This document shows, piece by piece, positions 12,103 to 24,150 of a stretch of DNA of 64,000 nucleotides; the stretch's first letter is position 1; each line of letters opens with the position of its first letter. Source of the DNA: Phoronis australis (taxonomy: Eukaryota > Animalia > Phoronida); assembly GCA_002633005.1 (NCBI GenBank), contig NMRA01000142.1, positions 794,823 through 858,822 of the forward strand. The letters are read 5' to 3'. Under the pieces are notes generated by a model. That model saw only the letters and a list, made by a program, of their open reading frames with translations, searched no databases and was not told the DNA's origin. A program made the translations under genes and the position numbers.

Positions 12103-13374
12103 AAGCTGGTTATCAATCATAAATAGCAGGTATGGTTATCAACTCAGGGGCCCGCTTTTTAACTGCGTTGATCTTGGATAACAACTCTTTATACGAGACC
12201 ATCAGATATGAGACATTTTGCACATAAAGTTTCTAAAATGTCGCCTATTCAGGACCCAATATGGCAATCATCTTTTTCATTTTTTTTCGAAAAGCACTAC
12301 ACTGATGCTGAATCATTTTTAAATTCTATACCATAGTTTCTAAAAGACAATATTTTAGAAATTGTCGGCATAACGATGTTGGAGGAATTTGCGAAAAATG
12401 AATGAACATTAATTTTGGCAATCATTTCATTCAAAATTGGCGATCTCTTACAGTGAAACCAAAACTTTGTCCATGCAAATTGCAGGACTAATAAAAAAAG
12501 TCTACCAAAATTTATATCACTCCAAGGTTTGAAGCATATTTGTGAAATACACAGCTGGCATTGACTGACAAGTTCGGTAAGGCCAACATAGCCAGTGACT
12601 ATTGCTATATGAATTGTGAACAAAGTTTGAACAATAAAGTATTTATAAGAAAATGAAACGCATGTCATCATTAGACAGTTGTGCCTCATTTCTAATCCAG
12701 CAACTAAAAGCAAGAATGGTGGTCTAAACTATCATTTTGTAAAGCTAAAACATCTTCCAAGAAACAAAGAGTTCAACCTATTACTGGGCCATGACTTTCC
12801 AAAGGGCCCAGTATAGGAACTAGGACAACCTTACTAATTTACTTAATATGAGAGTTTTACTTTATCTGCGTATATCTAAATTTCAGAGTCAGTGAATATG
12901 ATGATGAAAAAGTCAAATTAATTACTGAAATGGTTACGTACATCTGCTATATTTTAAGATAACATGAACTACCAATGACAGTCAAAAGTTTTTTGCTACA
13001 TATGCATAAAGAACTTTCAAAAATAATCAATTCTTTTCCACGGATCTTCAGCTCTGTTTAATCAGATTTATTGTCTTACTGTTGAAGTACTTTGTTTGAT
13101 ACTGTATTAGCTGAAATGCATACATCCAAACACTGTCAATGGGGTGAGGGCAAGCCTTTATCTAGAGGCTGTCCAATTGGACAACTTGACTCAAATCTAG
13201 ACACCCTAGTTTGAATGCTCTGTTCAGAATTTAGACGCCCAAGAAAGGTAAATAAGTAAGCATGGTGTCTCTTTTAACTTGCTACCACCAGCTCTAGGAG
13301 CTCATTGACCTGCACAGAATGATAAAGCTGGTTTAGAAATGAATTAAGATATAAAAAAAAAACGTTACTGGAAA

Positions 13375-13510
13375 ACTATGTCTCCATGGTAACATACCAC
13401 ACTATGACAACAATTTGAAATGGGGTCACAAAAATGCTGTCAGGCCTCATTGGTTACGGACACCCTGAGAAATTGGGAAATCCATTTTGGATGCCTTATT
13501 TTTGAGATCC
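13375..13510. repeat. Dispersed repeat; second copy at ~50094-50241
   Basis: Shared atgtctcc..ggtaacatac...acaacaatttga..tggggtca.aaaaatg...cattttgga..cc.tatttt. Confidence 0.75.
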
Positions 13511-13604
13511 TAATAAACCGTGTGGATTCGTCATCACCACACTTGTTGTTTTATCCACACACTGAATATATTTGATCCATTACTGTCACCCAATGCTCAA
13601 CTAC

Positions 13605-13763
13605 CTGTTCCAATTCATAAGCTTTGGCTCTGTCCTCGTCCATGTCAGCATTCTTCCTGTATGCCATGGCCAGTCCCCACACGGCCATGACGGAGTAGAG
13701 ATTGTCACGTACCCATGCATGAGAGTTGGTTGCACTAAGTGGCAAGAGTCCTGTGACAGGATT
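13605..13763 (-). CDS. PHKA: PHKA coding exon 2 (NPVTGLLP...AWVRDNLYS...RAKAYELEQ)
   Basis: 159 nt, AG/GT flanked, phase 0-0, conserved WVRDN motif. Confidence 0.96.
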
Positions 13764-14115
13764 CTGAAGAGAGAGAAGTCTAACGTAGTACTTGTAGTAA
13801 CAGTGTGTTCATTTCATATGATACAAAATACAAAAACTAAAAATACAATATTGAGTTAGGGAAGGCACTGTGAAGGACTTACAGCCCGCAAAGATCAGGG
13901 CCACCCGTGAATTGTCAAAGTAAAATTTTTTGTAAACGATAATGTGCCAACAACACAGCATGTTTGTCTTTTCCAGTAAATAGAATTGATGAACAGCAAC
14001 ATGGAAATTTTACTTTTAGGTACCATTTGCATAGTAAAAGTGGCTCTAAGACTGTATGATTATGTGGCCGGATTAAAAATAGAAAATTACATAAACTGTT
14101 AGTGTTTAATGTACA

Positions 14116-14266
14116 GTGAATTTACAAAGTTGCCTACAATAGTACTCTTCAAGATTACTCAGCGATACAACTTTCCTCTGTCCCAGAGGTAGTGAATTTA
14201 CAAAGTTTCCTAATATAGTGCCATTCCAGATTACCCAGGGATAGAACTTCGCTTGTCCCAGAGGTA
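14116..14266. repeat. ~76-bp diverged tandem duplication
   Basis: gtgaatttacaaagtt...tgtcccagaggta occurs twice. Confidence 0.8.
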
Positions 14267-16104
14267 AGAACGAGCACTGTTTTCATTGACCCAGTAATGG
14301 AATGTCAGGCACATTTTTACAGTTCATGTCGGAAACCGTTGAGGAGTATGACCGCGGAAATATTCCCAATCTCAACTGTTTAAAAAGTACCGAAAGGTAT
14401 CTTCAAGAAAGGAGCTTCTGCTTTATCCACTTGCTCCGCGTTTTCTGGTCTTTGATTAACCTTGGGAAATAAATACCACGCATCCATTGGTATTCGTCAA
14501 GTTTATTCAACTTTCTACTATCAGAAATTGCAGCCTATAGTACACCAGAAATACTTTGTTGCCATTAGCAGGACAAATAGAGTAATGTAGACGAGAAAAA
14601 ACATGTAAAGAATATGACAGCAACAAAGAACACGTAGAAGTGCTTGACCAATACTACAGCATTGTGGACATATCAAGGGAGATTCGAGTGAAGCTGTGCA
14701 ATCTGGGACGGTCCTATTCAATTACAGAAAATTTAGTGACAGAAATTATGGAATACTAACCATCAGCATCCCTATGAAGAACATGATAAAATAATTTTAA
14801 ACAACACTCAGTGCCAAGAAGAGACAAATGCAAATGAAATCAAGAAACTATTGGAAGGCTGGTCTGTTTTAAACGTAGGGGTTTGAAAATGAACTAGACA
14901 TCCCAGAAAATTGGACAAAAGGCGGCCATTCCATACCACTAGTAGTAGACTATGCATAGCCTGTGCATGCTGTCATATACACTGGCGTGAGCAGTACAAA
15001 AATGGACAGTTGATGATTCAGGTAACTGAATGAAGGACTGTTCGTAAATAGTTTGATTGTGGGAGTATGTGAGAGTTACAGCTTGGAAGAGTTAAAGACG
15101 TCTTAAGGGTTCCCTCTCTGCACAAAAGGTACTTGTAACAGTGTGACATTGATGTTTTAATCAGTGTGAAGCATAATTTGTCGAAAAGCTTCTGGGATAT
15201 GGAGGGTCAATTGAGACGGTGGTGTTGTCTACCTCAGTAACAGAACGTGCTAACTTCCGTAAGTAAATAACACAGAAATTACATGGTCCTTGTTCACTTC
15301 ATGAATACATAGAGGTGAAAATGACCATGTTTCACTACAATTACATACATACTTGTAAGAGAATGCTAAAACGATAGAACGTGCTGAGCTATAGCTGCAA
15401 GCGTAATTTTCACATCTAATTTAGGTTTGTTTTCAGCTCAGGGAAAATAGAAGGGAATAGCGTGACATCAGTCTCCATCAACCTGTGACCTGATGACCCA
15501 ACAGTGCAGCAAATCAACACCCATACGGTGATAAACAGTACAAATCAAGTACTATTAACAAACATACCAGAACTGAGTCCCTTTTAACACGTTTTAACCA
15601 AAATAAATTACCATTGACCAAATCGATCTTTTTTCGGAACCACAAGTACGCCTATGTGAAAGGAAATTCTCCTAATTGGAGATTTATTCACAATCAAGCC
15701 AGAGAACTTCTCCTGCTGCAGTGAAATTATTCCCATTTGGCTTTTCTGGTGGCTTCGCTGTCTAACTGAATTATCTAAAAGCCTCAGAATAATGTCCACT
15801 ATTCAGTTGATACATGGGCACTCATTTTCACTCATGTTTTCATTTAGTATTTATTCTTGTGAAAACGTAAGTGTAAAATAAGAGCCCGTGAGTTAATATA
15901 ATTTTTTTTCAATAATAGATAACGTGTAGGATCAACGGTGGATAAAGCTTTAATCTAGGAGGAATACTCAATTCAAGTCTCAATCTTGACTCAACGACAA
16001 CGTCTAACTTAGACGGTTAGACAGACGTGGTCGTGGGTAGTCGTGGGTGTGTTTCCCTCAAGGCCTCAAGGCAAGCCAAACTGCCACAATCTGCCATAGC
16101 TTAC

Positions 16105-16182
16105 CTGGTGTTTCAGAATGGTCTGATAAACAGTTCTGTGATAAATATCCAGGCGTTGGCCTGAGTTGCTTCTACTTCTCAT
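16105..16182 (-). CDS. PHKA: Phosphorylase b kinase regulatory subunit alpha, coding exon 1 (MRSRSNSGQRLDIYHRTVYQTILKHQ)
   Basis: Diagnostic alpha-subunit N-terminus MRSRSNSG; 78 nt; donor GTAAGC. Confidence 0.96.
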
Positions 16183-16493
16183 GTTTAAAAGGGATTTGTG
16201 TCTCCTTAACTCACATTTTGTTTCATTTACATTTTCAGGACGCAAAATCAAGTTCAGCCAGTGCAATGACCTTCACCTTTGTAGAAAGCTTGTTGTACGA
16301 TTTGTAATGTAGTTTCGGTTTTAATTGCCTGATTTCATTTCTACACGTCCTGTAAATTAAAGCTCAAAATAATACCACAATAAAAATATTTAAAATCATA
16401 TAGCTCAAAAACTATTGAATTACTATTATAATAAGTCATTTTCTATATCAACATTAATGCAAAAATATCAATAAAATTGTCTTGTAGCTCTAC

Positions 16494-16506
16494 CGGACGC
16501 CATTTG
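16494..16506 (-). promoter_or_regulatory. YY1-like motif CAAATGGCG next to a donor site; candidate non-coding first exon/promoter of PHKA
   Basis: Minus strand CAAATGGCGTCCG|GTAGAG, with candidate acceptor ttaatttacag at 16350-16351. Confidence 0.4.
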
Positions 16507-16723
16507 CCTTCTGGTTGTAGTCAAAAGAAGCAGGTAATGTACCAACTTGCTGTCGAATTGTTCCCACTAATTGATGTGACAGCGTTGTCAACAGGAGAGT
16601 GTAGTATTCTTTGTTATGAGCATTACATATTTTAACCAGATTGTCGAGTCGAAGATCAATTACTTAAACCTGGGCCCATGTCTGATCTGAGTCTGAGACT
16701 GAGTAGACAGTCACACTCGCACT

Positions 16724-17441
16724 CACAGGCGTCCTCAGCTTCTGATCGTCCCCAATACACTATATAATTCTATAAGGTATGACACTCCCGACTAGAAATT
16801 CCACAGGTGCTTCACTTCAGCCGTCCGTAGCAAACACAAAACTCTATAAATTTACACAAAACAGGAGTTGGCATGAGGAATTGTTCTTTCTCTCAATACC
16901 ATTTACGGTGACCGGTGTCCTGCTTCACCAAGTTTGCAAGAAATTCACAGTCAAAGCACAAAAATTTTGCCAAAAAATCCCGTCCGGAGCAACTCCTGTG
17001 TCTCACACGAGTCGGTATGGAATTATCCAATGAGTTGCGGATGAACGGCAATTGCCGATTTGTCACGGAAGGTTCAAAATCAAAATCTTCGATGCAGTCT
17101 GGCAAATTGGCAAGTGCCGTTCATCCGTAACTCATCGGATAGTTCTGTGCTGACTCGGGTGGGACACGGAAGTTGCTCTGGACGGGCTTTTTGAGAAGAT
17201 TTTCGTGCTTTGATCGCGAATTTCATGTGAACTCAGTGGAGCAAGACACCGTAAATGGTATTGGGAGAAAGAACAATTCCTCGTGATTTGTTGAACTTCT
17301 GTTTTGGGTAAATTTATGGAGTTTTGTATTTGCTGTGGACGGCTGAAGTGAAGCACCCGTGGAATTTCTAGTCCAGAGTGTCGTATCTTGTAGTACTATA
17401 TATAGTGTATTGGGGACGAACAGAAGCTGAGGATGCCTGTG
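16724..17441. mobile_element. ~720-bp foldback/palindromic element with ~340-bp imperfect arms
   Basis: cacaggcgtcctcagcttctg... vs ...cagaagctgaggatgcctgtg; complementarity continues inward to ~17063/17100. The two ORF-track peptides TRNSTGASLQPS on opposite strands reflect this symmetry. Confidence 0.92.
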
Positions 17442-17495
17442 GTAGACAGTGGCTACCAACCATCTGTAGAGTGTAGTCTGCCTCAATAGAGACGG

Positions 17496-18134
17496 TGTAG
17501 GCACTTCATACGTCGGAAGCTTGTCGGCAAATTATGCCTCACACCATCTAGTGAAAGTCACATTGTTACAAATACCTTATGCACATTGAGGGACACCTTA
17601 GGTGGCGGTTGATGTCTTTAATTGCTTCAAACTCGAACAAATACTCCCGTTATCAAACTTTTTCTTTGAGCAGTCCTTCATTCACTTCCCAAAATCGGTA
17701 ACTGGCCATTTTTAACACTGCGCGTAGCATGTGGTATGATGTTATATCCCCTGGCGTGCGCAGTGTAAAAATGGTCAGTTATCGATTTTGGGAACTGAAT
17801 GAGGGGCTGCTTGAAGAAAAAGTTTGATAACGGGAGTATTTGTTCAAGTTGGAAGGAATTAAAGACATCGATAAAAGTGGCATAAACGGGTCCCTCCTCA
17901 AAATGACTGTCGATAACCAGTTTTCACTGAATAACGGCAATGTCTATTATTCAGTGAAACTGGTTTCCAGTAGCCATTTTGAGGAGGGACCCGTTTACGC
18001 CACTTTTACCAAGACATCGATGTCCTCCTAAGGTGTCCCTGTATGCTCGTAAGCACCGCGACTTTGATGTTCTAGTCAGTGCGAGGCATAATTCACCGAA
18101 AAGCTTCTGGCGTATGGAGCGCCTATAGGAGCTA
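17496..18134. mobile_element. Palindromic MITE family A, copy 1 (interrupted by a nested MITE)
   Basis: Arms such as aatactcccgttatcaaactttttct / agaaaaagtttgataacgggagtatt. Second copy at 18398-18866; fragment at ~15085-15205. Confidence 0.88.
17870..18010. mobile_element. 141-bp palindromic MITE with 8-bp TSD aagacatc, nested in MITE A
   Basis: TIR gataaaagtggc.taaacgggtccctcctcaaaatg / cattttgaggagggacccgttta.gccacttttacc. TSD at 17862-17869 and 18011-18018; the paralogous site near 18735 has a single aagacatc. Confidence 0.92.
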
Positions 18135-18397
18135 CACTGTCTCTAGTGAGCCAGCTAGAGACAGTCACTGTCTAATCTCAAAGTGACATTCGAAGTCGAC
18201 AGTTAACCAACTATTCTTAACCTGACTGTGTGTTGCCGAAGACAACTGTTTGAGATTACTTGAAGCGTGCTGTGTTGAGTTTTGAGTACAGAGATAAGAT
18301 CGAAGGCCCAGTAGTCATGTAGAACCTGTTGTCAAATTAGCGATTACTTTTGATAGTCCCTGATTGTGAGAACCATGCATTTACTGTATTAGATAGT

Positions 18398-18866
18398 GAA
18401 GCTCCTATGGATGCTTCATCCGCCATAATCTTTTCGGCGAATTATGCCTCGCATTGATTAAGACATCAGTCACACTGAGTACCTTTTGCGCATAGAGGAA
18501 CACCTTAGGAGTCCTTCGATGTTTTTAATTCCTCCCAAATCAAACAATCAAAACTAGAAAAAGTACTCCCGTAATCAAACTTTTTCTTCGAGCAGTCCTT
18601 CGTTCAGTTGTCCAAACTGGCAACTGGCCGTTTTTAACACTGTACATGGCAGGTGGTATGACATCATATCTCCTGGCACGCCCATTGTTAAAAATGGATT
18701 ACGGGAGTATTTGTTTGATTTGGGAGGAATTAAAGACATCGACGGCCTCCTAAGGCATCTCTCTGTGCACACAAGGTACTTATAATAGTGTGACTTTGAT
18801 GTTTTAATCATTGTGAGGCAAAATTCGCTGAAAAGCTTCCGGCATGTGAAGTGCCTATATGAGCTC
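18398..18866. mobile_element. Palindromic MITE family A, copy 2
   Basis: Colinear with 17496-18134 but without the nested insertion. Confidence 0.85.
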
Positions 18867-19003
18867 CATCTCTGGTTCGGGCCAGGTAGAGACAGTGGTC
18901 ACTGTCAATTATTATATGAGTTGTAAGACTTGTTATTCAGTACTGGCATTCTCATTAGCCATTTGCCGTTATGTACTATGCATAGAAGGTATACAAGAGC
19001 GAT

Positions 19004-19023
19004 CCAATATGGCGGACGAGCAG
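19004..19023 (+). promoter_or_regulatory. YY1/TISU-like motif CCAATATGGCGG followed by donor CAG|GTGAG; candidate first exon of UQCRQ
   Basis: The UQCRQ ATG exon begins with an acceptor 8 nt upstream of the ATG, so an upstream exon is expected. This is the best promoter-like donor nearby. Confidence 0.55.
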
Positions 19024-19960
19024 GTGAGCTTTGACTGAATAAAGTTAATAGGGTGGTAAATTGCGAGTGTCGATGCTTAACTTAATATTTATTTAGTGAA
19101 GAGCACGGCCACTAAAAACAAATGGAATTACCTGATTTAGGCTATATGCCTCAAATTCCAAAGTTCACTTTGCGATTAACTATGGGTACTGCAGATGGCG
19201 CATGTTCGACGTAATATTGCTTCAGAATAACAACAAGTGGCGACACGCCCTGGTGAGAGTCAGGAAATGAATATTAGAACACGTGTTCTATTCTTGGAAC
19301 ACGTGTTCCAATAAATTGAGCACCGATACCTGTAGTTACAGATGTGAAGTGTATTTTTCACTGTCAAGCTAATTTTAATTGTCAAAAACTCGTCTGCTGG
19401 ACAGGCGTATTGAGTCGCTCTTGTATACCCTCTATATAATGTCCTATGAAGAGTTGTGGTAGGCAGTCACTGAATCAGAAGCGCTATTTGACCCATGTGT
19501 GTTGTATTATCGCTGCACAGTTCGCGAATTATTGGTTGGATACAGTAGATGCTCACTTTGCTTTTTAAACATTGCTAAGCCTCTAGATGGCGCTAATGTC
19601 AAAACTGCCTATCCAACACTTGTGTCTATTGACAACCTATACAATTAGCTGTATAACTACCAAATACTAGGAGTTAAGGATGGTGGCTTGTATTACAGCG
19701 GCAGTTCTCCATCTTTATCAGTTACTCGGTTGTCCGACATTGAGAATTAATAGCCCTGCTGAACTGAACTGGGCTGCTGCTAGCTTCTCTTTACTAGAAA
19801 GTCTAAAACTTAAATAAATCTACTATTATACTAGCTCAACTTGACCTGAATGTCTTATTCAAATGATACAAAACTCTAGTAAAGGTTTCTACGGTGAAGA
19901 ATCACAGAGAAAAGATTAAAAACTGGATGATCGCCGCACAAATGAAGAAGTTCATGATAA

Positions 19961-19997
19961 ATCAACGTTTCGTCTATTCGTTAGACATCATCAGGAT
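19961..19997 (-). ncRNA. Minimal type I hammerhead-ribozyme-like motif (Penelope-type)
   Basis: Minus strand ATC-CTGATGA-T-GTCTA-acgaa-TAGAC-GAAA-CG-TT-GAT: intact core, perfect 5-bp stem II, palindromic AACGTT in place of stem III, short stem I. Confidence 0.6.
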
Positions 19998-20682
19998 ATT
20001 TACATAGGACAACAAGTGCCAACATACATCTCCTACATCTTATCAAAGGCCGTGTGTGACTGAGAAGACCAGCAAGAACCCCTCCCTAGTCTTCATGTAT
20101 TGTGCCTTCACTATACAAAACTCCTGGCCTGCTGTGTCTTAAATATCTCTTCCGGCCATGACATCATCTATTGCACTTTCCTTTGAATCCGAAATTACAG
20201 ATTATGGTAAATCCCCATCAATGTGTTCATGATTAACAACTGTGATAAAATTTCCATGTCTAATGTAAAACTGTTAAAAGAAAACAAAAAAGACCTGTTA
20301 AGGTGTACTGACAATTTCTCTTGTTTCACTCAACAGAAGCAGAGCTCAGGACATAAACTAAATCTCCCATTCTGTAGGGATGTTTGAGCACACACGTCAC
20401 AATCACGTTTCATTTGGGCTTGTGCTATCTGCATAATCCCTAGCCGTCAAGAGAGTCTGTTGGCTTTTATAGCATGGTCTTTGGGTCATTCTAGATAAAG
20501 AGGGTGTATATATGAGATCTACATGCCGATCAATTCTCTGACCCGTCATCTCTTCGTTGGTGGTAAGCCCCGTATGGTAATTCACTCAGGATGAATGATT
20601 CCTATGCTGGCTTTGTGCTTTGAAAACCATTGCATTTCTAAGTTTGTCTAAATCTGTAAACATGATGTTTTCAGGCTCCACA

Positions 20683-20836
20683 ATGGGAAAGCGCTTCGGT
20701 CATCTGGCCCGCATGACTGGCATGATCACCTACACGATCTCTCCGTTCCAACAGAAGGCGTTTGCTGGTGCTGTGTCTGATGGGATACCCAATCTGTTCA
20801 GGAGGTTCAGAGAGCAGGTCGGCTACATTGTACCCC
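20683..20836 (+). CDS. UQCRQ: Cytochrome b-c1 complex subunit 8, first coding exon (MGKRFGHLARMTGMITYTISPFQQKAFAG...GIPNLFRRFREQVGYIVP-P)
   Basis: Family motifs FG.L, Y.ISPF.Q, G.PN..RR. 154 nt; acceptor at 20673-20674; donor GTGAGT. Confidence 0.96.
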
Positions 20837-20981
20837 GTGAGTATAACAGGTCGTATCGGTGGATCACAAGTCAATGGACATGTTTAGTATGATATCATTT
20901 TGAAGTTCTGGACATATATGAAAAATTTTATTGTGTTGTTGTCACCTAGTGACATTTGGTAAAATTTCGACTGTCTGTAGC

Positions 20982-21091
20982 GGTAATAGTCGGAAATAAC
21001 GTGCCCGTGGTTTGAGAACCAGTTTGATGCCTGTTATTCAGTAGAGAAAACTGGTTCTCAAAATGCGGGCACGTTATGTCTGAGCATTACC
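20982..21091. mobile_element. 110-bp GGT-terminated palindromic MITE in a UQCRQ intron
   Basis: ggtaat...attacc termini; flanks gtctgtagc / atctgtagc (9-bp TSD with 1 mismatch). Confidence 0.85.
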
Positions 21092-21560
21092 ATCTGTAGC
21101 AGTTGACCTTAAGGGATTGTGGGATAGAGGTCATCCCGAGCTGCACTGCCAGCACATAATGAAATATGTACTGTAGAACTCACTTCATTTTTGGTCGTAT
21201 TTCATTCCATCAAGCAGCCAGTAGTTCAGTTTATCATTGGTATGAACAGATATGTAGCATCTACCCAGTATCAACTTCTGGCGCAACGAGCAGGTGATTG
21301 CCTGTTTAGCAATATCTGGATTCTGGTTTAGAGGAATTCTTTCCCATAATTATGTGCTCTGGGAAATGCAGACATCGATTTTCACTATATATAAAAGATC
21401 AATATAATGAATCTTTCAAAATTTGAAAAATGACAATTATTTAGTAACTATTTGTGTCTCAAATTGAAGAATGTTTACTGTATTCTATAGTGATACCTGG
21501 AAGTGAGTGACATTGTGGTTTTAAGGAATTATGCCAATTTTTTTCATTTCTATTTTTCAG

Positions 21561-21655
21561 CATTCATTGTTGGCTATCTAATATGGGACTATGGAGAAAG
21601 GAAAAACGTAGAACTTTCCAGGAAAAACCCAAAAGATTACGAGAATGACGTGTGA
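21561..21655 (+). CDS. UQCRQ: UQCRQ last coding exon (PFIVGYLIWDYGERKNVELSRKNPKDYENDV*); total 82 aa
   Basis: Polypyrimidine acceptor, phase matches, conserved RKNP..YEND C-terminus. Confidence 0.96.
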
Positions 21656-24150
21656 TTTAGTGGTCGTGTGCTTTGATAGTTATTTATGAAGTGTTAAATG
21701 TGAGTGAAGCACGTTACATAGACAATATCAGGAAGGAAGACTAGGGAGTTATTGTACAAATGTAAAATACTCGCATCTTGCTTTTTAAAATGATTAGAGG
21801 CTAATCTGTGCACAGTTTTGTGTTCATGACTATGTGGAGATTGTTTAAATACAAGTATATGGTATGAACCAAGAATTTTTAATTAGTTTTTTATTAGGCC
21901 AAAACATATATTTGGTTCTGGTCTCTGTTTTTTGGAAAATTGGGTCGGTGGTGCAGTATTTTTTACTCACTCGCGTTTTCAAAAAAGAAAGTCCAACCGA
22001 GACGAGCAAAAATGATGCGGGAATTGTTTTTTTTTTGTTTCTTACTCACCACTTGACGAATCACAGCCCGAGTTTTAATTTGTATGACTGAAGGCACATT
22101 TTTATTTTCTAAAATAAACTTCTTCATATTTGGAAAAGCAATGCGTATAACCCTTCAACACCTCGAGAGCAAAAAAGCCAAGATGGGCCGAGTCGAAAGG
22201 GATGAAACAAAATTGCTTCATTCACGGACATTTAGATACATTGGGTGTTGTGGCATTCATTCAAATATTCCACAAGTGGCAGTTTGATGGTGAGAGAGTG
22301 ACGAGGAATTTATGCTGGAAAATGTCCCACTGAATCAAATCCACACAAGAATGCAGAAGGCTGTCCAACTGTCCTATTGCCATCTATCATGTCGCCCTAC
22401 ATCGGAAAATGACTACTGAAGGAGTATTGGTATTTGAAACATGTAGGAACACTAAAGGTTTCATATAAACCAGAATTTATCGAACAAGTTGATTTAGACC
22501 ACATTACATCATAACACGGGTGGAACATGATGAAGAGCAGTGGTAGGTGGTCCAATTCCATAATGGAATGTGGGTTTGTAGAGGCTATACTAGTCAATTG
22601 AAGATGCTTTGTCTCATTAAATTGTGAATAGGCAAATGGAGTACTAGTTTAAAAACAACCCTGGGTTATACGGTGTGCTGGAAACCATCCGAGAACCAGT
22701 TAGTCTCATTTTGTAAGTATTTTTATATGAATGAGTATTGTAATGTCATTGTTACCCTAATGAAAAAAAGCTAAGTTTTTATTATTTGTTTATTTCACTA
22801 CCAAATAACGATTGCATACTATTTGGAATTTCTAGGATTTCTTTTCTGTTCACAATTGTTTTTCAGTCAGTTGTGGTGTTTTCTATAAAAAACCCAATTT
22901 ATTTACTAATTGTTTCTTTTCCTGATAATACTTGTACACACAGTTCTCCCGGAAATCACGTTGGCGCTTGCTACAAATATAAATATTCACGGTTTTAATG
23001 AGAAGTAGCATCTTTATTTTTGTATGGTCTCCCCGCAGGCAGTACGTTGAATCATCTTGAACTTGTATTAAGTTACTTTTCTTTAGATTCAAAAGTTGCT
23101 TGACAGGTTTGCAATTTCAGGAGGATAAATAACCAAAATTAATATAGTCCTGCAAGAGGCTGGTCAATAACAAAGAGACATGTCAAGTTAAGTATATATG
23201 TATGTATTATAATTTTACAAACATAATTACAAGCAATATGTTAATGTAAACAGTTTATAAAAGTTGTGTTATAAGAACAAAAGGTCGTGATTCACATGTT
23301 ACTTCAAAACAGACAATTGTTCAGCCACGATGGATATGCTTAAGCTAAGTCCTTGATTTAAACAGCTCGGGCAACGCTGTATCGACAACTTTCTTGTTGT
23401 GCAAACTCATGCCACTTCATGACGAAGGTTGTATGTAGCCTCACAGCGCTTACTACATGACATACATTGCCAACTTGGTACAGAGATCAGTTACAACCCT
23501 GTGCAGCGCTATCCATGAAAGCCATTACTTTGGTTCATGTTTGGGGTGAAACCCTTGGTTTTTTTGTTTTTAATTTGATAAGTTAAAAGTTCCTAATTGC
23601 TCGTGATAAAAGAATGGACCCAATGTAGATCAATGCTTGTTTCAACAGGAATATTTTTTCCAGTTTAAATTAACAATTTTCCTCAACCCAATATTAGCGC
23701 TGCCAGGGTCTTAAAGATGTTTTCAATATGAAAATTGGCTTTCTTAAATTTAAACAACCACACATAATTGAAAAGGATTAATTTATTTCACAGCAAATTT
23801 GATTTCTTCTAGTTAAATGGGATTTCCTTCCTATATATCACATATGGCCTCGACATGGAATGGCCAATTTACTCGAGCAAACTGATCTCGCAAACTTCCT
23901 TGCCATGACAGCAACAGGATTTTTGAGAGATTACCTTTAACGGTTTTTAATATCTATAATTGAAATATAAAGCGGTCCAGTTTTGGAAGAATTGGCTTTA
24001 CCCAAGTGTAAAAATGTTTAGCGGTAAACATTTTCTATTGCATTATAAAGAGGATTCAGGGACATTTTGTTCAGCTGAGTTACATAAATCAAAAAATTGC
24101 ATTTAAGGTAAATGGTAAGAAGCGAAAATCCCTTTGAGAACAATAATGAT

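Noticed and set aside
16779-17504. Several ORFs with mirrored peptides on both strands
   Set aside because: Artefact of the foldback palindrome.
22290-22600. Protein-like stretch downstream of UQCRQ
   Set aside because: Stops in the frames examined, no recognisable motif, no convincing splice sites.
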